Assembly (NCBI GenBank): GCA_964016885.1
Contig: OZ024741.1
Location: forward strand, 387,624,001 to 387,688,000
Length of the DNA stretch: 64,000 nt
Direction: 5' to 3'
Source of the DNA: Eledone cirrhosa
Taxonomy: Eukaryota
The notes below the pieces were generated by a model that did not search any database, had not been told where the DNA came from, and saw only the letters and a program-made list of their open reading frames with translations. The first letter of the stretch is position 1; each line of letters starts with the position of its first letter. A program made the position numbers and the translations under genes. Below, piece after piece: positions 26,041 to 38,900 of this stretch.

Positions 26041-27669
26041 ACTGTAAATGTGGTTGGCATTAGGATGAGTATCCAGCTGTAGAAACCAAGCCAGAAACAG
26101 TTCTGTATGAGCAAGATAGTCACCTGATCTGGCTTGTTTCACAATGGTCTAACCCATGATAGCATGGGAAAATGGTTTTATGAGTGATGATGATCATCAT
26201 CATCACTCATAAAACCAGAGATGGTTTCAAGCAAGTTTCCAAGAAAAAGCTAAAGCAAGATTTAGCTAGAGGCCTGCCCCTCACTTGTTTCATGGTCTTA
26301 AATAGTTTCTGTCCTGGCAGGAGTGGACCACACTGTATCTATTATTCTGAATCCTTGCTGTTACTGGTGTGTTGAATAGTTTTTGACTCCCAGAAAAGAA
26401 ACTTCTCTTCAGTTTTGGCATTGTTTGCTTGAGTAGACAGACAGAAAACAAGTAGACATCACGTCATCATCATCATCATCATCATTTTGAAGTCCATTTT
26501 TCCATGCTCATATAGGTTGGACAGGTTTTCTTCAGCACAGTCACATTCCTTCATCATTATCTCCATCTCCACGAGTCACAGTGATTTGAGATCAGCCTTC
26601 ACAACCTCCACTCAGGTATTCCTTGGTCTACCTCTACTGTAGTTTCTTTCCACTGGGATTTCCTGGCTCGTCTTCATTCAGCGATCATCATCAATGCGCA
26701 AAAATTACATTTAAGTATTGTTTTATGATAATCAATAGACATTATATGAAGAAAATTATAAAACAATGGTATGAACCTGGACAGTGTAGGAGAACCCCAG
26801 GCGCAAGTTGTCTCATGGTCCCAGTGGATGGATAGCATAACCATGGAAGATAGTAAGCATCAACACATTGAGTTATCCTTGAGTCAGATACCTAATTTGA
26901 ATACCTACAATGGAGTAAATGGACTCCCCTAAAAGCTAGGAACATAACAAAAATATTTATTACAAAACATAATGGCAGGTGTTAATTTTGATATGAATAT
27001 TTAAAAACTGCCATTTTTTTAATCATAGAACCAGTGGACACTTGTTAGCAAATAAGTTAAAGAATTTTCGTCAGTTTTTGTTACTGTTTAGTCAGGGACA
27101 GAAGGGCAGTTCCCATGACACCTTTTCAGGGTTTCTGTGAATAGTGAGAGGAAAGGGAGGAAGGTATCTTCACAGTGGAGACCTGGCCTAAATGCTTGCA
27201 ACAGAGTGGACTCTATTAAAGGCACTCATGAGTCAAGTGGTGGTGTTAAATTGGACAAGTTTTGTGTTTGAATTTGGAATTATGTAACAATTAACATCTT
27301 TGTTCAATGCAGAATCTTACATTCCATCATTATTATTTGTCTGTCTTTAAGTGGTTCTCTCTGAAATTAAAAATGAAAATACAAAGTAGTTGGCTTTATA
27401 TTTCTGAAAACAATACATCTCAGTTATAGCTGCCATTATTTGGACTGTTATAATATCAATATATGCTGTCTGTCTGACACTGCCAGTTAGAGAAGTCTTC
27501 TCACACCCCTACCAATAGATTACATTTCTTGAAATTGGCCTTTCTATTGTCTATATTGTGACCACCTATCAATGTTGTCTGCCTTTATTGACAAGGAAAT
27601 TCTATTAAAATGTCAGCTATATACTATATAAAGACATTACTCTCTCTTTTTGTCTCTCAAACTTATGTT

Positions 27670-28116
27670 TCATTTTTCTTCTTTTTCCTCGCCCTCCCTC
27701 TATCTATCTCTATCTCCCTCTATCTATCTCTATCTCCCTCTATCTATCTCTATCTCCCTCTATCATCTTTCTTTTACTTCTTTATCTCCTACACCCTTCT
27801 TAACTTTCTCACGTCTTTATATCAACTCTCATCTCACTGTCACCGCTCTCTATCGCACTTTTATTTCTCTCCCACTCTCTATCATTCTCTAACCACTCTC
27901 ACCTCTCTCCTTTCCATCTTTCTCAGCACCCACCCTCTCTCTATTTCATGTTATTCTCTCACCTCTCTCTCTCTTTCTCTCTCCTTTCCATCTTTCTCAG
28001 CGTCCTCCCTCTCTCTATTTCATGTTATTCTCTCACCTCTCTCTTTCCTTTCCATCTTTCTCAGCACCCCCCCCTCTCTCTGTTTCATGTTATTCTCTCA
28101 CTTCTCACCCTCTCCA
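27670..28116. repeat. Polypyrimidine low-complexity tract with ctccctctatctatctctat and ~60-bp repeats
   Basis: Direct reading. Confidence 0.85.
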
Positions 28117-28230
28117 ATATAAAATAGGATTGCTAATTTTTTTCCAATCACAATGTCTAGACAACAGTGTAGGCAATAGATTCTTTAAACATTGATCATA
28201 ATGTTTGAACCTTGTCTGTAAAAAAAACAG

Positions 28231-28863
28231 TTAACCCCATCACTACCATGTTTTTAATGAAAGACACTGCCTATGGTTTTCAATTCTTCTTCAGCCACTT
28301 TCCTGGGAGGGTCATGAGGGTCAAAAGCAACTCCAAGAGAGACCTGTTGAATGTTGTCCAACTGTCTTGCTCGAGGTCTATCCCTAGGTCTCCTGGTTGG
28401 TTTTGCTTGTAAAATCTGTCCAGCAATTCTTTCTTGAGACATTCTAACCACATATCCATAATATCGGAGAAGAAGCAGTTTTACCTGGAGTGATTTTCTA
28501 ATCTCCAACATATGCACTCTCTCAAGTAACATTACTCTAACAACCCTTTGAAGGAACCCCATTTCTGCCGCTTGTATTCACAATCATATTTTTTCGGTCA
28601 TCACCCAAGATTCATGGTAAGGGTTGGCATGAATACTGAATTAAAGATTGCGAGTTAAATTAATTTTGAAAATAATCAAGAATTTGAAAGATTTAGTATA
28701 AAAATACCTAATTTTTTCATTATCAAGCTTGTATTTGGAACATAACAAATTACTTTACATAAATTTACAATGTAAGGTTTTTAGAGAATTATAGAATCTT
28801 TTTGAACAGTTTCATATCATAGAACAGGTTCGGCTTTAGGCAGTTTGGTAGCAAAAGGGTTAA
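28231..28863 (+). mobile_element. M1 MITE hosting an RTE fragment
   Basis: ttaacccc...aaaagggttaa ends. Confidence 0.78.
28285..28655 (-). mobile_element. RTE family 2 3' fragment nested in a TTAA MITE
   Basis: ORF 28254-28562 (EMGFLQRV...YYGYVVRMSQER...RPRARQLD) is homologous to 6590-6950. Confidence 0.8.
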
Positions 28864-29157
28864 ATGTCTAAATTCTGAGATGAGATATTTTATATTACAC
28901 TTTGTAAAGAATATCACTGATCACATATTTCACTGCTTTACAAGAGTGATGAGAGTGTCTAATTTGGTGTTGAATATATATCATTAGGAAACATTGCTTG
29001 AAAAGTTATGTGCATGCACGCACACACATACACACATGCACAGGCATTCATTCTCTCACTTTACATTATCAGCATTGTATGCTGATAATGTTGATCTGGG
29101 CATTGGTTGTGCGTATGTGTATGTAAAAACACATGCACACACACACACACATACAGT

Positions 29158-29450
29158 AGGCCTCCATAAAGTTTCCAAAATTCTACTGACAGTATATTAT
29201 CCAACCTGAAACTATAGGAGAGACTTGCCCATGTTGCTTATGTAGTGGGAGGGAATCTTAAACCATGTGGTCAAGAAGCAAACTCCTTAACCATACAACC
29301 CTACATGTTGAACCATGTGGTAACTCCTTAACCATACAGCCATAGATGTTGAACCATGTGGTAAAGAAGAAAACTCTTTAACCATACAGCCATACATGTT
29401 GAACAATGTGGGAATGAAGCAAACTCCTTAACCACACAATCATACATGTT
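29158..29450 (-). mobile_element. SINE S2 with 4x tandemly repeated 5' head
   Basis: Body at 29158-29260, then aaccatgtgg...aaactccttaaccatacagccatacatgttg four times. Confidence 0.8.
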
Positions 29451-29796
29451 TTGTTGTTCATAAGTGAGAATTTTCCAACTATTAACCACATATATATATA
29501 AATGTGAAGAATAAAATTATCTAAACTGGTATGTAAAGCATTTGGTGTTAGGAAGGGCATTCAACCATAGAAATCTTTCCAAGTAAAAGGTCAAGAGAAT
29601 TCTTCAATTGTGTTATGAGCACAACAAACCTCAAAATACACCCAGCACACCCTGTAAAGTGTTGGAATGTTTATGAGATGTAGGCCCCAGGCCTGCCTGA
29701 GATGTCAATAGCTCCAATTTAATACTGACTTGGTCTGACAACCCCTCCAACTAATGCCAGTGTGGAAAAGTGGATATCTGATGATGATGATGATGG

Positions 29797-30005
29797 TTTT
29801 TGATTTAGGTACAAAGACAACAATTTTGGGAAAAGACGATTAAATTGCCCTCAGTGCATTACTGGCACTTTATTTTATCGACCCCATAAGGACGAAAGGC
29901 AAAGCTAACCTTGGCGAGATTTGAACTGAGAACTTAAAGGCATGTAACTATATGTTGTGAAGCATGTTGTGCAATGCTCTACCGATACTGCCAATCCACC
30001 ACCCT
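29797..30005 (-). mobile_element. tRNA-derived SINE S1
   Basis: Reverse complement of the S1 sequence (gctctaccgatactgccaatcc at 29976-29997). Confidence 0.88.
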
Positions 30006-30251
30006 TGATGATGATAATAATGTTGACTACACTCTTGAGTAGATGTATTTCTTAAACAAATTTTCATCTCTAGCAAGATGTTTAATGTCACAGAAATGTT
30101 TGTTTTGTAAGTGACCTTTATAGAAAGATCTATGATAGCAGACAACCCGAGATGATTGTTATGCCATGAAATCTTGAGGACTGTCAGGTCTTCATTAATC
30201 TGCTCTCACTGGCCAAAGAAGTAAAATCTTCTATTTAAAGGTTGTTAAATG

Positions 30252-31691
30252 TTAACTCTTTTGATACCAACCCATCTGAAACCACCCTGGCTTTTATTAT
30301 ATAAAACTGCCTGTTTTAAAGTGTTCATATATTAAAATATTTCATCATAATTTTATTTAAGAACTTTTTTTCAAGTAATGATCCAAACTTAATAATTACA
30401 AAATTAGTTATTTTACTTGAAGCTATCTACAATGTCTATGGATCCTTAATGAGACTGAAAAAGGTTTATATCATTAGCAGTCTTCCTCTCGATTTCTGCT
30501 GTGCATCTTCTACAAGCAAAGTACTCCCTTCCTGTTAGTCTACTTGTTATCCCACTACATCTTTTGTGCACCCAAGATTTACATTGTGTACATTGCATGG
30601 AGTTTATGCCTACTCCTTTTCTGCATATTGAGCATGGCCACTTTCCTGAGAGAATCTGGGTCCTCTCTTCTCTCCTACTCACTAGCACTTTAGTTTTGGC
30701 TAAGTTTACTCTCAGGCCTTTTGATTCCAAATTCAGTTTCCATAATTGGAATTTATTTTCTAACTCTTTATTGGTTTCAACTATAAGGACCAAATGATCT
30801 GCATAGAGAAACTTCCATTGGCAGCCCATTTTAAACTCCTCTGTTATAGCCTGGAGAACTATGATGAACAACAATGGGCTAAGAATTGAATCTTGATGAA
30901 CTTCTACCTGTACCTTGAATTCCTTGCTAAACTCATTTCCTACTCTCACTTTACTGACAGCTCCTCTGTGCATAGCTTTCATTGCGCTCACAAGCCATTC
31001 TTCTATATCTAATTTCCTTAAGGACCACCAGATAACAGATCGGGGTAGTCTATCAAAGGCCTTTTCTAGATCAACAAAAGCTAAATGTAGTGATTTGTTT
31101 TTGGCTAAGAACTTCTTCTGTAGTTGCCTCGCTAAGAGCAGTGCATCTGTAGTGCTTTTCCCAGGCATGAAACCAAACTGCATCTCATCTATTTTGACTA
31201 TTTCCCTAATTAGCTGTGCTATAATTCTTTCGGTCACTTTCATAATTTGGTCCATTAGTTTTATTCTTCTATAATTGCTCATTTTTAGAGCATCATCTTT
31301 GCCCTTGTAGCAATTTATGATTGTACTGCTGCACCAGACATTGGGTATGACGATGTCATGTATTACTTGATTTACTATACAGGTTTCTATTTTGACTCCT
31401 ACCTCTCCCGATGCTTTCAGTATCTCAACAATTATTTCTGATGGTCTTGCAGTTTTACCATTTTTCATCTTCTTGATTGCGTCTTTGACCTTAAAACTAT
31501 CAACTTCAATAGCTGGTCATTCCTTTGGGTAAGTTGGGGGTAGTTTCTTTTCCTCCCATTCATTCTCTACATTCATTGATCTCTCATAGTAACATTTCCA
31601 GACCTCTTGGAAATGCTACTATGAGAGATCACTATTAATTGAAATGCATGGGCAGTGTATCTTTTTAGAAACATGGTAACAAAAGGGTTAA
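30252..31691 (-). mobile_element. M1 MITE hosting an RTE fragment
   Basis: ttaactcttttgatacc...ggtaacaaaagggttaa ends. Confidence 0.78.
30418..31610 (-). mobile_element. RTE internal RT fragment with no 3' tail, nested in a TTAA MITE
   Basis: ORF 30446-31468 has RT motifs (AFVDLEKAFD, LYADH) and WPCSICRKGVGINSMQCTQCKSWVHKRC. Confidence 0.92.
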
Positions 31692-31844
31692 TATTTTTAG
31701 TGATTAAGTTTATTAACCGACTGAAGAAAGGAATATGTTTTTCTGTGTTATTACTTTGGTTTAAATAATCAATTTAAAAAAAAATTTTAGTAAAAGAATC
31801 TCATAGATTTTTCTACAAAAGAAAATGTTTCTATTTACTTTCAG

Positions 31845-31975
31845 TTCTACAACTTGGACTATGAAACCATTTCTTGCTTGACCACTTTTGAACATCTTAT
31901 CTATGTATGTCAGAGCAAACCAGGACATAGCTTTGAAAATTCATCCTTTAATCCAAATTGCCGTGGAGCAAACTG
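31845..31975 (+). CDS. SZT2: SZT2-like internal exon A (FYNLDYETISCLTTFEHLIYVCQSK...)
   Basis: tttcag acceptor, gtaag donor, 131 nt, phase 0 to 2, joins the next exon in frame. Resembles the SZT2 segment recalled as 'SMLSFEYLIQLCQSK'. Confidence 0.85.
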
Positions 31976-32963
31976 GTAAGTTATATACATCCTTTATAGT
32001 AGCACTAATCTTGATTTTAAAACTGGAACTGACAAAATCATTTGAGTAGATGGCTCTTTTAAATCACCTTTTCTAATAATATAATCATTATTCTGTTCAG
32101 AATTATCTCTCAGTGGTATGTCTTGGTCACAGATGAGAGTAAATAACACCACCACCAGCAACAACGACATCAACATCTGCAAATTAGCTCACAAACCGTC
32201 AGCCAAGGCTTTTATTGCAACAGAATGACTTCTATGACAAGAATAGTTTGTTTACTAAATCTATAAGACTTTATTTAAGGTCCTTCATACCTAACCTCAG
32301 TGTCTAGGTGTAGGTAAATGAGTGCTGAGCAGGAATTAACAATTTGTAAAATAAATGCTGTAAAGTGGTTGGTGATTAGGACATCCAGCCATAGAATGCT
32401 ACCCAAATAAAGGATTGGGAGGACCCTCAGTTCTGTCAAAGACATGACAACTTCTCCTTCAATACTGACTTGGTCTATGTAGACTTTTCCAACCCTTGCT
32501 AACAGGGGAAGCTGATGTTAAGATGATGATGATGATGTATACACCATCCCTAGGCAGATACCAAAGTAACTGAAATATGGTGACTCCTTAAAATAAACCC
32601 TGAAATAGCCATTAAGCAAAATAAGCTCATGATTAGGGCCTCAAGTAAAGAAGGGACCTACAGTTTTTTATCTGTACAGAATAAAGGCATTTTTCCATAT
32701 GCAGTATATGGGTATACCATAATCTCTTCAGTGATTAAAGCTTTTAAAAGACTTAATCAGACTCTGCTTAAAATACTCACAGTGAGACTAACTTCATGTT
32801 TATTATACATAAACATTCGCTCAGATTATGTGTGTGTGCATGCACACACGTACACACACACACACTATGTATGTATATGTATGCAAAAAGTAAACAGAAA
32901 TAAAGCAAATGACACAATACAATGAAGAAATATATTAGTTTAATACTTGATATAGAAGGAAAA

Positions 32964-33002
32964 GAGTCTTAGCGTTTTGGACACAAGTCCTTCATCAGAA
33001 TA
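32964..33002 (-). ncRNA. Degenerate minimal hammerhead-like motif
   Basis: Minus strand CTGATGA-a-ggac-ttgt-gtcc-aAAAcg; stem I and cleavage site not convincing. Confidence 0.35.
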
Positions 33003-33784
33003 TAGAATGAGAGATACTCATGATGAGCTGAGAGAGACACAAGACACAATAGGAATCAGTTGTAGCATACAGGAAAGATGTTTGTACTAGTTAGACATGT
33101 AATACATATGGATGATGATTATTAGGTGAAGAAGTGCCAGAAGTTCTATGGGAAATGAGGTCATGGAGGTAGATCAAGAAAGTCCTGGGTAAGTATAGTG
33201 AAGGCCAACAAGAAAATACACTTCACAAAGGAAAGAAACAAGTGGAGAGATTCTATACTGGAGAGGACTTGTCTAATCCATGCGCGCATTGAAAAATATG
33301 TAAAAATTATGGTAGTTATGTATACACATGCCGACACACACATGCACACACATTCTGTGGAAGGTGATTATACAAGGAATTATGAGAAAATTAACCAAAT
33401 TAATATTTTTATTACAATATTTTTAATGAAAGACTCTACCAATGTGTTTCAAATGATTTTGAAAATATTCAAGAATTTGAAAGGAATTAGTAATTCAAGA
33501 ATTTGGAAGTATTCTTATTATTACACTGATGTATGGAGCATCTTAGCAAATGTTCTTACATAAAAACTTGAGAGAAAGCGTTTAGACAAATATAAACATA
33601 TTAAAAGAAACATCTTAATATTGTAGAAACAGGTGATTTGAGGCAGTTTGGCATTAGAAATAATGCTGGTCCATCCACTAGTTCCTTGCTTACCTTGTTC
33701 TCTGGATTTTATTTCTGTCTATGTATTTATATAATTTGCCTTCTCTCTCTCTCTCCCCTCTCCACCCTTTATTTATATTTCTAG

Positions 33785-33942
33785 CTCCAGTTCAGAGAGA
33801 TTCCAGCCTAATGACCCAGCAGAAGATCCCTATTTGAATCTTTCAAACAACCATGTATGCACAATTCCTTTCCCATATAATTTGCTGGTTCTTCTTCCAC
33901 GCTGTCAACAAGCACAGTTGGTATTTTCTGCATATACTGTCA
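33785..33942 (+). CDS. SZT2: SZT2-like exon B (...VCTIPFPYNLLVLLPRCQQAQLVF...)
   Basis: tttctag acceptor, gtaagt donor, 158 nt, phase 2 to 1. Matches recalled SZT2 '[21 protein letters not shown]'. Confidence 0.9.
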
Positions 33943-34529
33943 GTAAGTAGTTTATAAATAAACATATTGTATCTTCAACTTGGTATCGTTCCCACACTTT
34001 TTCTTATTTTATATACTATTCTTACTCTACTTTCATAAAGGATTCCACCTGAAATGCTATAGAATGGAGAAACAGACATAAGTTAGATATAAATCTGATA
34101 ATCTTGAAAGTTGTTGTGCTGTAAATTGTCCTGATCATTGTAAAAAAGCATTAGAGTAAAGACTTCAATTTTTAATATGTTGCAGCCATAGTGCTGTTTT
34201 GTACTTTTCAAGAATGTTTTAATAATGTGGGTCCATGTGGTACAGGACATTAAGAATTTAAAACAAAACAAAAAAGAAACAAACAAGTAAGGATTATACG
34301 GCTGTATTTCTGTGATAACTTCTTAACCAGAATAGTGTTTATTGATTGGACAAAGTCCACCACAAGATGAGATATATGTCTATTTGTTTTACAATATAAC
34401 AGCCAAAGTGGATGTGCAAATATGCCAATTGAAATGTGCCACACACAAAACACAAAATGTGAGGCTAATAGTTCTAACAATAGTATGAGTTAAGGCAAAC
34501 CAAAATGTGAAAATATTTTTATATTCTGT

Positions 34530-35263
34530 TTAACCCTTTTCTTACTGAATTTCTAATGAAAGACACTGTTTATAATTTTTAAATAATTTTGAAAGTACCA
34601 TATATACTTGAATATAAGCTACCCTTCCATCATTTTATGTCTGAGAAATAACAAAAAAAATCCAAACGCTGTGCATAAGTCCAGACAATTAATCAACACA
34701 AAATGTTTTAAAATTCTCATGAGTGGAGAATATATTTATGAAGTTTTAATATTTTGATATTTAAAATGTTTTAAATATCGTTTAGAGCATAGTTTTTGTT
34801 CCATAACTCCATAATGCAGTGATTTTTTTACCAATTTCCGACTGTTTTGAAAGCCATATTCATTTTAAACATATAAAAAATGAATTACACATCAAAAGTG
34901 AAACCAGTGTAATATTCACCTCGAAAGCAAAAATATTTTAGTATCTCATTTATGTAGAATTTTAAAGTTGATGAAAATCAGCAAAATATTGACCCTGAAT
35001 ATAACTCAAATCTCCATTTTACTATCGATTTTGTTTTTGTCACATATTTCTTGGCTTATACATGAGTATATATGGTAATTTGGAGAGATTTAGTAATACA
35101 ACTTTCTCATATTTATCTAATACTTGGAACATAACTTAACAAAGGTTCTTAACTTAAAACTTTGATGGAAAGTTTTTGGATAAATATAAACACTTTAAAA
35201 CAATCAAGTTTATAATGTTGCACCCAGGGACAGTTTCAGACATTTGGGTTTCAAAAGGGTTAA
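34530..35263 (+). mobile_element. M1 MITE hosting a pogo/Tc-like MITE
   Basis: ttaacccttt...aaaagggttaa ends. Confidence 0.82.
34596..35077. mobile_element. Tc1/pogo-like MITE
   Basis: TIRs taccatatatacttgaatataagc / gcttatacatgagtatatatggta with TA ends; internally deleted copy at 52569-52736. Confidence 0.8.
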
Positions 35264-35340
35264 ATAATAATTTGATGTAAAGAAAAAAAAAATGAAATCA
35301 ATGTGCTTAGTTAATACTTTTTTTTAAATTTTGTCTTCAG

Positions 35341-35550
35341 ACCATTCTGTGTATCCTGACAAAGAATGGAAAACTCCCAACAACATATTGTTTGAGATAT
35401 TTTTAGCCAAACTGAAAGCTTCTCATGGTCGAGAAATTAAACTGTCTCTGAAAGACTGTCAGGAATTTACAAAGTCTTTGACAAAACGAAAGACTGAGAG
35501 AACCATGTCAGCTTCTTCTTTATTCAATGAAACACAGCATGAAGAATCAG
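35341..35550 (+). CDS. SZT2: SZT2-like exon C (...PNNILFEIFLAKLKASHGREIKLSLKDCQEF...)
   Basis: tcttcag acceptor, gtaaag donor, 210 nt, phase 1 to 1. Lies within ORF 35331-35627; phases consistent with neighbours. Confidence 0.88.
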
Positions 35551-35984
35551 GTAAAGAAGCTTTTCACTTGTTTAACCCTTTAAGTGAACATAATTCTAAG
35601 GAAATACAATCTATTTTAATTAATTAACAAAGACTTTTGAAGGATTTACTAAAAATATTATTTTATTACTAAGATAGTAACTTAACATGGTTCTTATAAA
35701 AAATTATGTTAGAAAATTTTAATTTAAATTATCATTATCTTCATTCCGACCACAGTCGAGCATTCCTAACAAAGTCCCTCCATAATTCACAATTTTCTAT
35801 TGCTCCTGGCAACTGCTCCCTACTGAGGTTTGTATCGTCTGAGAGTTGATCGATGAAGGTTCGAGCAAGTCTTCCTTAATTTAAATAGGCACCCTTTAAA
35901 ATGGGTGGTTTTGTTTTATAGAACCAGAGCTGGTTTTGGCTGGACTGGTATCAAATGGGTTATATTCTTTCATTAGTTTCAAAG

Positions 35985-38900
35985 GTACGGTATTTGTTTT
36001 AATAAAACTTGGAAGGATGATATGCACTGTTGACCTGGATAAGGTTTGAAATCAGAATGTAAAGAGAAGTAACCAAATAGCACAATGTATTTTGTCTGAC
36101 ACTCTACTGATTTTGTCAAAAGCTCAATGTATTTTGTCTGACACTCTACTGATTCTGTCAATAGCACAATGTATTTTGTCTGACACTCTACTGATTCTGT
36201 CAAAAGCTCAATGTATTTTGTCTGACACTCTACTGATTCTGTCAATAGCACAATGTATTTTGTCTGACACTACTGATTCTGTCAATAGCTCAATGTATTT
36301 TGTCTGACACTCTACTGATTCTGTCAAAAGCTCAATGTATTTTGTCTGACACTATTGATTCTGTCAATAGCTCAATGTATTTTGTCTGACACTCTACTGA
36401 TTCTGTCAATAGCTCAATGTATTTTGTCTGACACTACTGATTCTGTTAATAGCACAATGTATTTTGTCTGACACTATTGATTCTGTCAATAGCACAATGT
36501 ATTTTGTCTGACACTCTACTGATTCTGTCAATAGCACAATGTATTTTGTCTGACACTATTGATTCTGTCAATAGCACAATGTATTTTGTCTGACACTCTA
36601 CTGATTCTGTCAATAGCTCAATGTATTTTGTCTGACACTCTACTGATTCTGTCAATAGCACAATGTATTTTGTCTGACACTATTGATTCTGTCAATAGCA
36701 CAATGTATTTTGTCTGACACTCTACTGATTCTGTCAAAAGCACAATGTATTTTGTCTGACACTCTACTAATTCTGTCAATAGCACAATGTATTTTGTCTG
36801 ACACTCTACTGATTCTGTCAATAGCTCAATGTATTTTGTCTGACACTCTACTGATTCTGTCAATAGCACAATGTATTTTGTCTGACACTATTGATTCTGT
36901 CAATAGCTCAATGTATTTTGTCTGACACTCTACTGATTCTGTCAATAGCACAATGTATTTTGTCTGACACTCTACTGATTCTGTCAATAGCTCAATGTAT
37001 TTTGTCTGACACTCTACTGATTCTGTCAATAGCACAATGTATTTTGTCTGACACTATTGATTCTGTCAATAGCACAATGTATTTTGTCTGACACTATTGA
37101 TTCTGTCAATAGCTCAATGTATTTTGTCTGACACTATTGATTCTGTCAATAGCTCAATGTATTTTGTCTGACACTCTTCTGATTCTGTCAATAGCACTAT
37201 GTATTTTGTTTGACACTCTACTGATTCTGTCAATAGCACAATGTATTTTGTTTGACACTATTGATTCTGTCAAAAGCTCAATGTATTTTGTCTGACACTA
37301 TTGATTCTGTCAAAAGCTCAATGTATTTTGCTTGACACTACTGATTCTGTCAATAGCTCAATGTATTTTGTCTGACACTCTACTGATTCTGTCAATAGCA
37401 CAATGTATTTTGCTTGACACTACTGATTCTGTCAAAAGCTCAATGTATTTTGTCTGACACTCTACTGATTCTGTCAATAGCACAATGTATTTTGTCTAAC
37501 ACTCTACTGATTATGTCAATAGCACAATGTATTTTGTCTGACACTCTACTGATTCTGTCAATAGCACAATGTATTTTGTCCGACACTATTGAATCTGTCA
37601 ATAGCTCAATGTATTTTGTCTGACACTCTACTGATTCTGTCAATAGCACAATGTATTTTGTCTGACACTCTACTGATTCTGTCAATAGCACAATGTATTT
37701 TGTCTGACACTCTACTGATTCTGTCAATAGCTCAATGTATTTTGTCTGACACTCTACTGATTCTGTCAATAGCACAATGTATTTTGTCTGACACTATTGA
37801 TTCTGTCAAAAGCTCAATGTATTTTGTCTGACACTCTACTGATTCTGTCAATAGCACAATGTATTTTGTCTGACACTATTTATTCTGTCAATAGCACAAT
37901 GTATTTTGTCTGACACTCTTCTGATTCTGTCAAAAGCTCAATGTATTTTGTCTGACACTCTTCTGATTCTGTCAAAAGCACAATGTATTTTGTCTGACAC
38001 TATTGATTCTGTCAATAGCACAATGTATTTTGTCTGACACTCTACTGATTCTGTCAAAAGCACAATGTATTTTGTCTGACACTCTACTAATTCTGTCAAT
38101 AGCACAATGTATTTTGTCTGACACTCTACTGATTCTGTCAATAGCTCAATGTATTTTGTCTGACACTCTACTGATTCTGTCAATAGCACAATGTATTTTG
38201 TCTGACACTATTGATTCTGTCAATAGCTCAATGTATTTTGTCTGACACTCTACTGATTCTGTCAATAGCACAATGTATTTTGTCTGACACTCTACTGATT
38301 CTGTCAATAGCTCAATGTATTTTGTCTGACACTCTACTGATTCTGTCAATAGCACAATGTATTTTGTCTGACACTATTGATTCTGTCAATAGCACAATGT
38401 ATTTTGTCTGGCACTATTGATTCTGTCAATAGCTCAATGTATTTTGTCTGACACTATTGATTCTGTCAATAGCTCAATGTATTTTGTCTGACACTCTTCT
38501 GATTCTGTCAATAGCACTATGTATTTTGTTTGACACTCTACTGATTCTGTCAATAGCACAATGTATTTTGTTTGACACTATTGATTCTGTCAAAAGCTCA
38601 ATGTATTTTGTCTGACACTATTGATTCTGTCAAAAGCTCAATGTATTTTGCTCGACACTACTGATTCTGTCAATAGCTCAATGTATTTTGTCTGACACTC
38701 TACTGATTCTGTCAATAGCACAATGTATTTTGCTTGACACTACTGATTCTGTCAAAAGCTCAATGTATTTTGTCTGACACTCTACTGATTCTGTCAATAG
38801 CACAATGTATTTTGTCTAACACTCTACTGATTATGTCAATAGCACAATGTATTTTGTCTGACACTCTACTGATTCTGTCAATAGCACAATGTATTTTGTC

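Noticed and set aside
27610-28122. 170-aa S/L-rich ORF
   Set aside because: Translation of a polypyrimidine low-complexity tract.
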